Positions 51,001-60,899 of a DNA stretch of 64,000 nucleotides are shown here, in pieces. This DNA comes from Raillietiella orientalis. Its lineage: Eukaryota. The notes beneath the pieces are model-generated. The model had not been told where the DNA came from and made no database searches. It was given only the letters and a program-made list of their open reading frames with translations. The stretch is from contig JAYWIR010000052.1 in the NCBI GenBank assembly GCA_036172245.1, forward strand, positions 558,001-622,000, written 5' to 3'. Within the stretch, counting starts at the first letter, position 1, and each line of letters opens with the position of its first letter. The translations under genes and the position numbers were made by a program.

Positions 51001-54000
51001 AGTCACCTTGGATAACCGCAATCCAAAGTGATACGTTTCACTTCTTCGTGATTGCATGAGCACCATCCTCCCCCTAATAGCTTTGTCCATCAAAATGGAG
51101 CAAAAGAATCAGAGAAATTCATGTGACGCTTCCCGATGATCGTTGGTAGCCTGGTCAACTGCGTTGATGACGACGATGATGCGACGAGAAACCCCGGCAG
51201 CAGAAACATGTAGTGTGTTTGGGGACTCATTCTCCAGGAGCCCCTGAGGCCGAATCACTCGGGGAAGGCTTCTCAGCATATCCCTCACTTGACCTGGCTG
51301 ATGCAGTCGGTATTACGAATAGGGAGATTGTCCTGGCAGCCGGGGGGTGTTCACAGGGCGGATGCCTGGATCCCTCCTGAATTCATAACAGCATCGGTAA
51401 AGATGCCCGTTAGTTCGCTGGTCAACGCGCCCTCAAGCCTCAATGAAATGCACTTTTGTGCGAGTTTCAGCAAGCGCGTGTAACATTAAAGTTGAAATCA
51501 CGGCCAGTTCCATATTGCAGGCTTCGTTTCATTCAACGCTGGTTGCCGAGGCGTGCTTTCCGAGGAAAGTCTCGCCCCGGGGAAGTGCGTTTCTTTCGAT
51601 ACACAGACGAAAAAGATTAGGTTGGTTCCACCCCCGGGAAACTCGAATGTTCTCTCGGAGTTCGGAGAACCTCCTCAGGGTGTTTTTCCGAAGGTGTTCG
51701 TAGTACCACGAGTAACCGTAAAGAGGATGCTCTCGGGTCCTCTTGCCTTCGGGTTGTGTCAAATCGAGAGTCTTCGGTCATGGCTGTTTCTGTTCATCTT
51801 GCATTTCGTACGTCGTAGCGTTTGTTCTCGGACAGTGTCCTTCTTAACAGCTATCTCTTGCAGCTGCCGAGCAGCTCTCGCAGCCGCTTGATCGTTGGTT
51901 TTGGATTTAAAAACCAGCATTGTCTTTATTAGGGATCCGTTCCGCGGTATGTAATTGGGGTTTGGTGGTTATTTAGAGTAACCACCAAACAGTCAGTTTT
52001 TCCGTGCATTTAGCGTCGTGCATTTCGGCAGCACTTTTTTGCCACTGTGGCAAACGTTGGTTTCATTGGATCCGTGTTGCGAAATTTCCTAAAACTCGAA
52101 AAATTTCACTGTACAGTTGTACATGCCGTGAAGTTCTACCTGACTTCTCTGTCTTTGTACTCTTGCTTTTTCGTACAGTACATCTCAAGCGTGCGCCCGC
52201 TCATATTTTTGCAAACTGCGTTCCACTTTTTCTCATTTCGAGATCTTTCGTTGGAAACGTATTTAAAAGGTGGGTGGGAAAGGGCTGAGTTTTCACGATC
52301 AAAGGAACATGCGGGTCAGCCTTCCCTTTTCACGTGCGTACGAAGTGTGCATGCGAGAATGTACAGAGAGCACGTTGTTGGCACGCCTCACGGAAGGATC
52401 CAAAGCGGAAGGTCCGTTTTTAAGGTGTAATCCGTTCTTCTCGTAATAACTTTTCGCGGCCCCTTTTTGTCTTTTGCGGGAACTGTCGCGTGTTGGTTCA
52501 TTTTCTCTGCGAGTGTTATTCTAAGTGTAAAGTGGGCAGTGCTCGAGCACCTGAGTGATCGTTTGCTAAGGACTTTTCCATCTCCCTCGAGCTCTGATTC
52601 CGGACATGCTACTGTAAAACTGCCAGTTTTTTGCACCCCTATTTAGCACACGCAATAGGCATGGTGTATCCCGGAAATCTTTCCTTTAGGGGCTGCCTGT
52701 TTCTTCCGGAGCGTTGATTGGCTTTCTCCCGTATGTCTGCGGTGTCAAAGCATTCGTACAGAATTTCTCCAACTTCTCGAAAAAAGACCTCGCAAGTGTT
52801 TACATTGCTCTTCTTGTTTTTGCCAAACGTGTGTTTCCCTCTCATTTTATCTCGAAACATTATTTGTTTTTGTTTTTTTTCTACCTTGGCCATCCAAACG
52901 CAACGGCGGTTTTCATCTCCACCCCGGAGGTTTGAGTGAATGGGCTTTACAGATATTTCTGGGATTTTTTTACAATGTCATTATCTCGAGTTCCTTCCAA
53001 AGGTGACAATTCGCCTATATTGAAATGGAGTGTCCTGAATCTCGCGTTTTCACCTTACGCGGTCCTCACAAATGTCTTGCTGATGCAATCAGCATCACTG
53101 AGGTGCCGCTGCTTGTAAGGTCTGCTTGCACCAAAGTTGCAATGCCGAAGCGCAGGGAAATTTTGTAGACGCGGCTGTTCAGCATTTAAGAAAAGCTGGA
53201 GTGATCGAGAACGCTTCCTGTTCGGATTTGAAGCCCCACAAAGAACGCGCGTTGGGTCCAGATTGATGATGATGATGGCAAAAGCAAGTCTGCTTTCCCA
53301 AGCCGCTAGCAGCTGTGGTCAAGAGTATCCGTTATCGCGCTGCTCCAGAACAAAGTCGCAAGGTACAAAGATCGAGTCGATGTGGATGAAAGCCATCAAT
53401 AGAAAATGATACTGAAGCTGCAAGACGCGCAGAGGAGAAGCTCCTTCAATTGTGACATTGTGATGCTCGTCTGTTGAGACCTGAAGACCGTCCGTCTGCT
53501 GAAGTTTCAGATGGTTGACCCAGCGTGTTGAACATCCTCAAATTGAATGCGTTGCCAATAGGAAAAGGTTTCTTCGTTCGTAATGTTCTGTTGGTACATT
53601 ACTGTGTTTTGTTTCGCTTTCCCGTGTTCTCCATTCGTCTGCAGTAGTGATTCTTTGGGAACTAGGTGGATGGTCTCATTTTTGTTAACCGCTTACCGGC
53701 GGCTTCCGAATTCAGTATTGCCGTCGACTCGGACAAATGAAGTCTGCGTGCTGCATGGAGAAATCGCAGGCAGCGTTGCGCTCCCGAATGAAACCCTGGA
53801 CTCTTTGTGTTCAATCCATGGTCCGTCCCGTGCAACCTGGCGTTATAAACAGAATGCAATGTGCGGGGGGCAGCGTCTTGACTCCAGGGGTTTGGGAACG
53901 TGGTGACCGCGTTACCACGTTCCGGTTTCACCGCGTATCCCCCTTTTCGTTCTTCAGAACGGGGTGCCACTTGGGTGAACCCTCTATCCATAGAGTATGT

Positions 54001-57000
54001 CCCTTTGTACTTCCACTTTTCACTCCTGTGGGTGGTATATATCGCGAAAACCTGCTATCCCCAACTGGGAAAAAAGCCCGTGGAGTAGGCATAATTTCCT
54101 TGAAAACTCTCGCAGCCTCCCTGAACACGGCGGAGGCTGGATAAGTTTCCATCTCAAGAAACTAAGACAGTGCGTGAAGTCTAACATTTGTTTCTGCAGA
54201 CGCATTAACCGAAAGGAGATGTGAGGTAACTCGGAAGATTCAAAATGTGGAGCCGTGCGTGGTGATGATAACTGAAATGTCGGACTGTAATTTAGGCAAA
54301 GTAAAGCAGAAGATGAGAAATCGGTTTGCTGTGTTATGATGACTCTGTTCCCCCTCCGGTCGTACAACGGAGAGCGGACCCCCCACACCGGGGGGACTCC
54401 TCCGGTTTCAAGATGGAGCAGGAGCCTTCACAGCCACCTCTCCAGTTGTTTAAAGGAGCGGACCCCCCTGTTGCGGGGGGGACCCTCCGAGTCGCCGCCT
54501 CTCCAGAAGAGTGCAAGGAAGCAAGCGAGAGCGATCCCCCTGCGGGAAGCTGCAGCTCCCCTTCTGAATTTCGGAAGCGTCCCTTCGGGGTTCTCTTCAG
54601 AGGAGTGAACAGGAGCGGTTCCTTTGCGGGTTCCCTTCGGAGAAGATGAAATGGAGAGGACCACCCCCTTCCCGGTTTCATCGGTTCCCTCCACTCCTCT
54701 TAGAAGTACTGCGCCGAATTTTGGTTACCGAAAAAGTCCTTTTGTAAGATACACTGTCTTCAGTAGTGAATAGTCAATTTAGAATATGAGGTCAAGTTGT
54801 GTCGAATATGCGAACAGAGATAGTTTGCGCCGGAAGCAATATATTCAAAATTACAAATAACCTCAATAATAACCTCAATTTTGCGAAGTGTGACTTTTTT
54901 TTTTTTTTTTTTGGCTTTCTGTCTTCGATCTTTGGAATTCCTACTTCGTTAGATAATGCAGGAATTTGAATTTGGAAATTGACCATTGTCCATAACAATT
55001 TTCATGAATACACTGGTGTCCTTGTTGTGGAGTGTTGTTGGCATTATAATTTTGTGCATGCATATATGTCTAACCCACATTCCTTTAAAGCAAAAATTTT
55101 GATTTTCTAGTTTGAAGCCGCATGGGTGTTAACCAACATATCATCAGGAAATTCGGATCAAACGCGTGTTATCGTAGATTCAGGAGCTATTCCGGTTTTC
55201 GTAGAACTTTTAGATTTTGCAGAAGAGTGTATACAGGAACAAGCAGTTTGGGCTCTAGGCAATATAGCCGGTGATTCCTCCGAATTCCGAGATACTATAT
55301 TACAGCACAATGCAATGAAACCAATTTTACAGTAAGTACTCTTTCTCGAGTTCATTCCTTTTCTACTACTATTTTTTTTTTTCCTTCCTTGTTTGTGAAT
55401 GTGTCATCTACCAAATTTTGCGGTGCAATGGTACAGCACCAGGTTTCCGTTCCCCCGGTTACATCTGGCAGCAGCAGTAAGGTTGTTTTGTGCCATCCAC
55501 AAAAATGGAAAAAAAAATTCTATTTTCTTTTTTCCTTTTCGCCGTACTACGCAATTGCCTTTCATTGCTTTGCGTTTCCCTTTAACACGTTCACGCCGGG
55601 GTGTGCCACCGGTGGTGCACGAATGGCGTCTCATCGGGACGGATGGATGTGCCACCGGTGGTGCACGAATGGCGTCTCATCGGGACGGATGGATGTGCCA
55701 CCGGTGATACAAACAGATCTGATCGTTTTTACCGGTCTTTTTTTTTAAAAAAAATAAACTAAAAGTCAATGAATGAACCAAAAATACATAGTTGCTCGAT
55801 TTTGAACAATTCTTTTCAATATACACATAAGAATGAGTACTGTCCATACACATCGAAAAAAATACCATTGTAGTCAATAAGTTTGTTCTTTTTATGAAGC
55901 TTTCTTCAAAACAATTTAAACACAAAGGTGGTTGATGCTTACAAAAAAGAAAAAAACGTAGTAACTCGCGTTGCCTTCTTCGTTGCCACAGCAGCAGCTT
56001 CTTGCGGTGATGATTTTCTGCAGCATTCTCGGCGTCGCCTTCGTGCTTTCCTTGCCGATCCCGAAGGTGCTTCTAAAAAATGAATCTGTGAGCTGCTTCC
56101 GCTTCTGGCACTTCTTCCCATTCGAATAACTCATCCGTGATTCTTTCTCCAAATTTTCTCCACATTCATCTTACAAGAGCCCCGTTGATGGCGGTTCCGC
56201 ACAGAAGTTGAGTTGCAAATTTCTTCCTTGTTGTGCGCCATTTTGGTGTTTTTCCTAAGGAAGTATAATAAGTCGACGTTTAGCCGATACGTCGGGAGAA
56301 ATAAGAAGGGATGTTTTTGTTTCGATAATCTTGTATTAACAAGGAAGGGTAAATATAGCGATATGACATCATGTGATTTTATCCCCCGATGGGTCCCGTC
56401 CGACGAGGGAGAATGCAAGTGACTGGGCCGCCCTACCGCGGGACATACGAATTGTGGGGCCCCGGCGCGAAGAACGTGTTCAGTGACAACCGTTGTGCTT
56501 TCGTCGGTTCTTTACGTCAGCGTGCTCGCATGCACTCGAAAAACGTAATGCTTCCGTGGTTCATGGCTTTGGTCTTTCTCTGGTAAGACCGGATTTCTGA
56601 ACCACTTGCCTAGCAACGCTCGCCAAGCAGCCTGGAACGGCCGTGTGGTCACGGGGTGATTCCCTGTTTCAGGGGAAGCGGCCTTTTCCGGTGGCGGTCC
56701 GATAACGTCCCTTTGCTTTTTCCTTTGACTTGAAGAGGCCTCCGTGCGTGCCGATCCGACTTTGGGTGGCACTCCGACCTGCCTGCCTGCCTGCCTGCCT
56801 GCATCCCGGTTTTCCCCATTTTGAGGTGCTGTAGGTAGCGAGCCGTCCTCATTGCCTGCTGAAAAGAAAGTGACGTCACGCACAAACTGTGGAACTCTGC
56901 ATCCGTACACTCTTTTCCTCCGAAAAGTGGACCGGATCCTTACCCTTGTTGTTTCACTTTGGCAACGCTTTCCAAGTGTTTGCGAGAAGTACACGAGTGC

Positions 57001-60000
57001 ACTTGTGCTTGCGATCAGCCACAGTGGCCATATGTAGCGAGCGTTCCACAAGGTCGCGCTTTTCCGGAAACACCGCGATTGATACCACTTGGTTTAAAAC
57101 ATAAAAAATAATGGCTGGAAAATACGAACAAGTTTTCGATACAAAAGTTTATTAAAGGTTAGTAGGAGGGGGGGGGGGGAATCGTGCAGCGTGTGGGCTG
57201 CAAAACGTTGCCTCCAACATAAGCGGTGTGAAGGGAAGTTGGCAAAGTTTTGTATCCTTTGGGGACACGGCTGAAAAAATCGACGTGTTGACACACGGCT
57301 GCGTTGTTACCCGCGACTTATCGAAATTGGTAGGTGAGGGAAGAGAGGTGGAATCGATGATCCCCGAGGACCCACGAATGTAAGCTGATTCGGTATAAAA
57401 TTTGTCGAAATTCAAAAATTGGTGCAGCCATCCAAGGAATTTTTTTTTTCAAAAAAAGGTTTTCGCCGGTGGGGAAGGGGAGCAAAGGAAAACGCAAATC
57501 GGTGCAGCATCTGTGCAATCCTCAGGAGGATGTTTAGTGAGCTGCACAACAAATTGGTCGGTTGGTTGTCGTCGTACGCTGCCAAAGTTGGGTCTCCGAA
57601 GGAAATTCGAAAACAGCTGCGTAGCACCTCGTGGGTGGTGAAGGAGAGGTGGTTCTCGTTGAGATGGCGTCGCGTTCCCGGAAACCGAAGAGCGTGACGA
57701 GCGTGTCGAGTGGTGGGAGCTGCCAAGCCAAGTGCCGTTTCCCCGTGGTCAGCAAAGTGGACCACCTGGAATCCTGGAAGTTTGCAGTTCCTCGAATCGT
57801 CGAGGTGGCGCGATATTCCCCGATAAAATGGGCCAGAATCTGGAGGATGCGCGCTCTTTGGAGTCTTAGACGAGACGAAAACGCAACGACTTTTTTTATA
57901 TAAGCCGTGTGTTCAGGGAGCATCCCCCCCAAAATTTCTGAACTCGAAACCAGGATTCAGAATCTGTGATCTCGTCCCGGTAGCCGTGATGTCGTGCCTT
58001 TTTTTTTTTGGATTGATTGCCAGTCTGTTTGCTTTTTAAAACCTGGACTTTGGTCCAACCCGGACGTACGTACTGCGTTCAGCATATTCCTTGGTATGTC
58101 TGACAAACCTCGTGGGCCGGGAGAGTCGTGCTAAAAGTCACGTTAAAAGAAAGAAATAGGTGCACTCTTCGTGGGAAACTCTGGAGTCGTCCATGGACCG
58201 AAGCGTGAGCATATTTAGAGCCGGTTTTCGAACGGAGATCAGAAGAGGAGGACAACGTCATGTGATGCGGTGTTTCCATCTCCGTTGGCATGCAGTGAGG
58301 TACCTGTTAGACGTTGTGCGTGGTTAGACCACCAATGTGCGGAAAAATGATCAGTGGCTCAGCAGACAGCACAGGCAGCTGTTTCTTGCTGTTTCTCTAG
58401 ATTTTCTCACTCATGTGGTCCATTCCAGGGTTTGGTTTCACCTCTTTTCCGTTATCTTCGATAAGTCGCGGGTAACAACGCAGCAGTGTGTCAACACGTC
58501 GATTTTTTCAGCCGTGTCCCCAAAGGATACAAAACTTTGCCAACTTCCCTTCACACCGCTTATGGGGTTCTCGATTTTCTCTCCTGTATGGTGTGGGCTT
58601 TCGGACAGCGAGACGGAATTCACCATTCCACTGTGGTAAACCCCGTAGTCCTTTCCGCGTTCCACCTCTCAAATATATTCATCGTCTCCCTAACAACTCA
58701 AACATTAAACCACGAATAAAAAACAAACCAGACGATACAAAGTAACCATGAGCCACCATCATCAAAAAACATCCTATCAGTCCCATCTCGCCACCCATCA
58801 ATCTTTCCCCTACAACCACCCTTATATGACAAATCGTTGAATGAGCTATAATTATGTTTTGTTCTCCAAAAAAAAAAAAAAAAACAACAACAACGTTAAG
58901 TGTGTCGGTGTGTTCTCCATTTGGTTTTAAGGAGAAGAGAGTTTTCGTTTCCTCATACTCCAGATTAACGGAGATGGAAAAACTCGTGGACGGCTGACTT
59001 GAGCTTTCAATCGTGAATCGGTTGTCAGTTGATGAGCAGTTTGATCCGTGCTTTCGTCGGCGAGAAATCATGTGGCTGGATGCTTACCCATGGAATGTAG
59101 CAAAAACGACCGTTAGCGCTTATGGGCCAACCAATTTCTCAGCGCACTCGGTTCGAGTCTGACGAAAGTTTCCGCTTGCGGTGACTCATGGCATCGGAAG
59201 ACAGACAGCCGAAGAGAAGAAGAACTTTCGAAGACTTTTGCAAGCCCACGCCCGTGTCAGTCTGCAGCCAGCATTTAGTGGGGCCGAACTTGGGGCGTAG
59301 GCAGACTTAACCCATAAGAACTGTACGTGGCGGCAAGCAAACAACCGTACTCCCCTCCCCCCCTTTCCCACGGCGGTGATTTGATTTCGTATATCTTGGG
59401 GCATCTTGGAAACTCCTTCCGCGTGAGTTTGTTCCCGATATGATTTGCGGTGGGTGTAGCAGAGTTTAAGCTTTGTTCCCGAAAGAGCTGATAATGACAG
59501 GCGCCTTCCCGGTTGCATACGTTTCGTACGAACCATCACCCCTTGCTTCGTCCTGGCAAGTCATTCCTTCGGAAGTAGAATGGCGCAGTGGGTGTGAGGA
59601 CGTAACGATGTGTTTTTTTGAAATGATGACTCACCAGCCAACACGCTGGTGGTAGCATTTGACAGAACTCCCGTCTCACGTAGCATGTACTGGGCTTACG
59701 CCATGATGAATGCTTCCATCCCGACGGCACTTTGACGTACGCTGCGGCGCGATCTTTTCCAGAATCCTGGCGTCGTCATCCAGAGTTTCTCTGACGCGAA
59801 ACACCTTGTGGACGGTTTCCAATTTGTGCAGAGGAAGCTCTCCGCCAGCGTTCAGCCAAGTTTCCCGATGCCTGCCTGCGCTCTGCACGCTGCTGAATTC
59901 GAATTGCCCCGAAGTCTTGTCCGACACCTGTTGGGCCATTTCCCACTTCTGCGACGGGCCCGATTTCAAAATCCAGGCCGTTGTGAATTCAGGGATATGC

Positions 60001-60839
60001 CAGCGGCTGGTTGATTTACTCATGTAAGTGCGATCGGACTTCGCCGCCGCCGTCGGAAGCACCGAGTGGTTTTGTGGGTCTGCCAGGCATCCGGAGCATT
60101 CGGTCGTCATCGCTTCGATCAGGGCCGTTGGCAACATCGTGACGGGAAACGACAGTCAGACCCAAGCCGTTATCGACAGTTCCGTTTTGCCCTGCCTGCA
60201 CCACCTATTGCGTTCCCCGCGTAACGAAATTCGAAAGGAAGTCTGCTGGATCCTGTCTAACATCGCTGCAGGGAATGACCAGCAAATCCAGGCATGTCGG
60301 CATGCAGTCGGGCGCTCACGTGTCAGCAAATAGGCGGTGATCGACGCGGAGATCTTCCCTGTTCTGAACGGAATCTTAAACCGCGATGAATACAGGATCA
60401 GAAAGGAAGCTGCCTGGGCGATCAGCAATGCCACCTCCCAGGGAAACCCGAAGCAGATCCGTTATTTGGCCCAGATGGTTAGTGCATGAGTTCCCTCCCC
60501 AAAAAAGGGTTTTCAGGATCATCGGATAGGGCTGCATCGCTCCCCTGTGCGACCTACTCAGCGTCGAGGACGTTCAAGTCATTCAAGCAGTATTAACCGC
60601 ACTGCAGAATATTTTGAGGGTTGGAGAAGGGCAGGGCGGTGGCGGTAACGCTGTCAACGAATACGTCATGGAAATTGAGAGCTGCTATGGTGAGGATCCT
60701 TTTCCTTAGTGCTTCTTGCGATCGTTCTGTAGGTCTTGATAAGGTGGAGTACCTTCAGACGCATGAGAACGCGGCTGTTTACCAGACCGCCTATGCAATC
60801 ATAGACAAGTATTTCCCCAATGATGCATTTCAAGACTGA
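48019..60839 (+). CDS. Importin subunit alpha, alpha-1 clade (KPNA1/5/6-like), divergent, 494 aa, 8 exons
   Basis: Exons 48019-48192, 50374-50586, 55111-55331, 59763-60023, 60087-60291, 60334-60477, 60530-60689, 60733-60839 (1485 nt). IBB '[25 protein letters not shown]'; ARM motifs '[14 protein letters not shown]', '[10 protein letters not shown]', '[14 protein letters not shown]', 'SNLCRG', 'RAVGNIVTG', '[12 protein letters not shown]', '[15 protein letters not shown]'. Intron 5 is GC-AG. Confidence 0.95.
49200..50300 (-). mobile_element. Possible AT-eroded L1-like 3' half inside importin intron 1
   Basis: Minus strand '[11 protein letters not shown]', 'KLFYF', '[14 protein letters not shown]' in L1 order. 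Weak. Confidence 0.3.
50900..54900 (-). mobile_element. Decayed L1/Tx1-like element filling importin intron 2
   Basis: GC-rich ORF1-like tail, 'FLEMETY' (LQETH), 'GSTKGHTLW', '[15 protein letters not shown]...YTMPIAC' (EF...RPISL region), '[10 protein letters not shown]' (D.EKAFD.V), '[11 protein letters not shown]' (RQGCPLSP.LF), 'YGYSW...SRGWNQP'. Confidence 0.68.
55586..56478 (-). mobile_element. Internally deleted piggyBac element (~890 bp) retaining the transposase C-terminal cysteine-rich domain
   Basis: TTAA (55582-55585) then CACGTTCACGCCGGGG; right end CCCCGGCG(cgaa)GAACGTG then TTCA (56479-56482). Frameshifted minus-strand '[34 protein letters not shown]' / '[13 protein letters not shown]' matches the PGBD4-type C-terminal zinc finger. 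Confidence 0.78.
55602..55706. repeat. 46-bp tandem repeat, 2.3 perfect copies, in the piggyBac subterminal region
   Basis: Unit TGTGCCACCGGTGGTGCACGAATGGCGTCTCATCGGGACGGATGGA starts at 55602, 55648 and (partial) 55694; contains the palindrome CCACCGGTGG. Confidence 0.95.
56500..59600 (-). mobile_element. Decayed L1/Tx1-like element filling importin intron 3
   Basis: '[24 protein letters not shown]' (GR...VYAP endonuclease), 'CVVTRDLSK' (LD..KAFD), 'SKYAHA', '[15 protein letters not shown]...WQLPPL'. Confidence 0.6.
57218..58564. repeat. 108-bp inverted repeat pair (57218-57325 and 58457-58564), 1 mismatch, 1131-bp spacer
   Basis: Read directly: CATAAGCGGTGTG...GACTTATCGAA versus TTCGATAAGTC...CACACCGCTTATG; both give '[35 protein letters not shown]' on opposite strands in the ORF track. 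Confidence 0.97.
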
Positions 60840-60899
60840 CGCGTATCCGAAGGGAATGCATATTCGCGTCCCCACCGTTACACCAGCAGGCACACTCAA

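Noticed and set aside
55602..55706. Palindrome-containing repeat superficially like a CRISPR array
   Set aside because: Intervening sequences are identical, so it is a tandem repeat; eukaryotic context and no cas genes.
57218..58564. Inverted repeats as TIRs of a Pack-type DNA transposon
   Set aside because: No TSD or superfamily terminal motif, and one arm appears collinear with the surrounding LINE relic.
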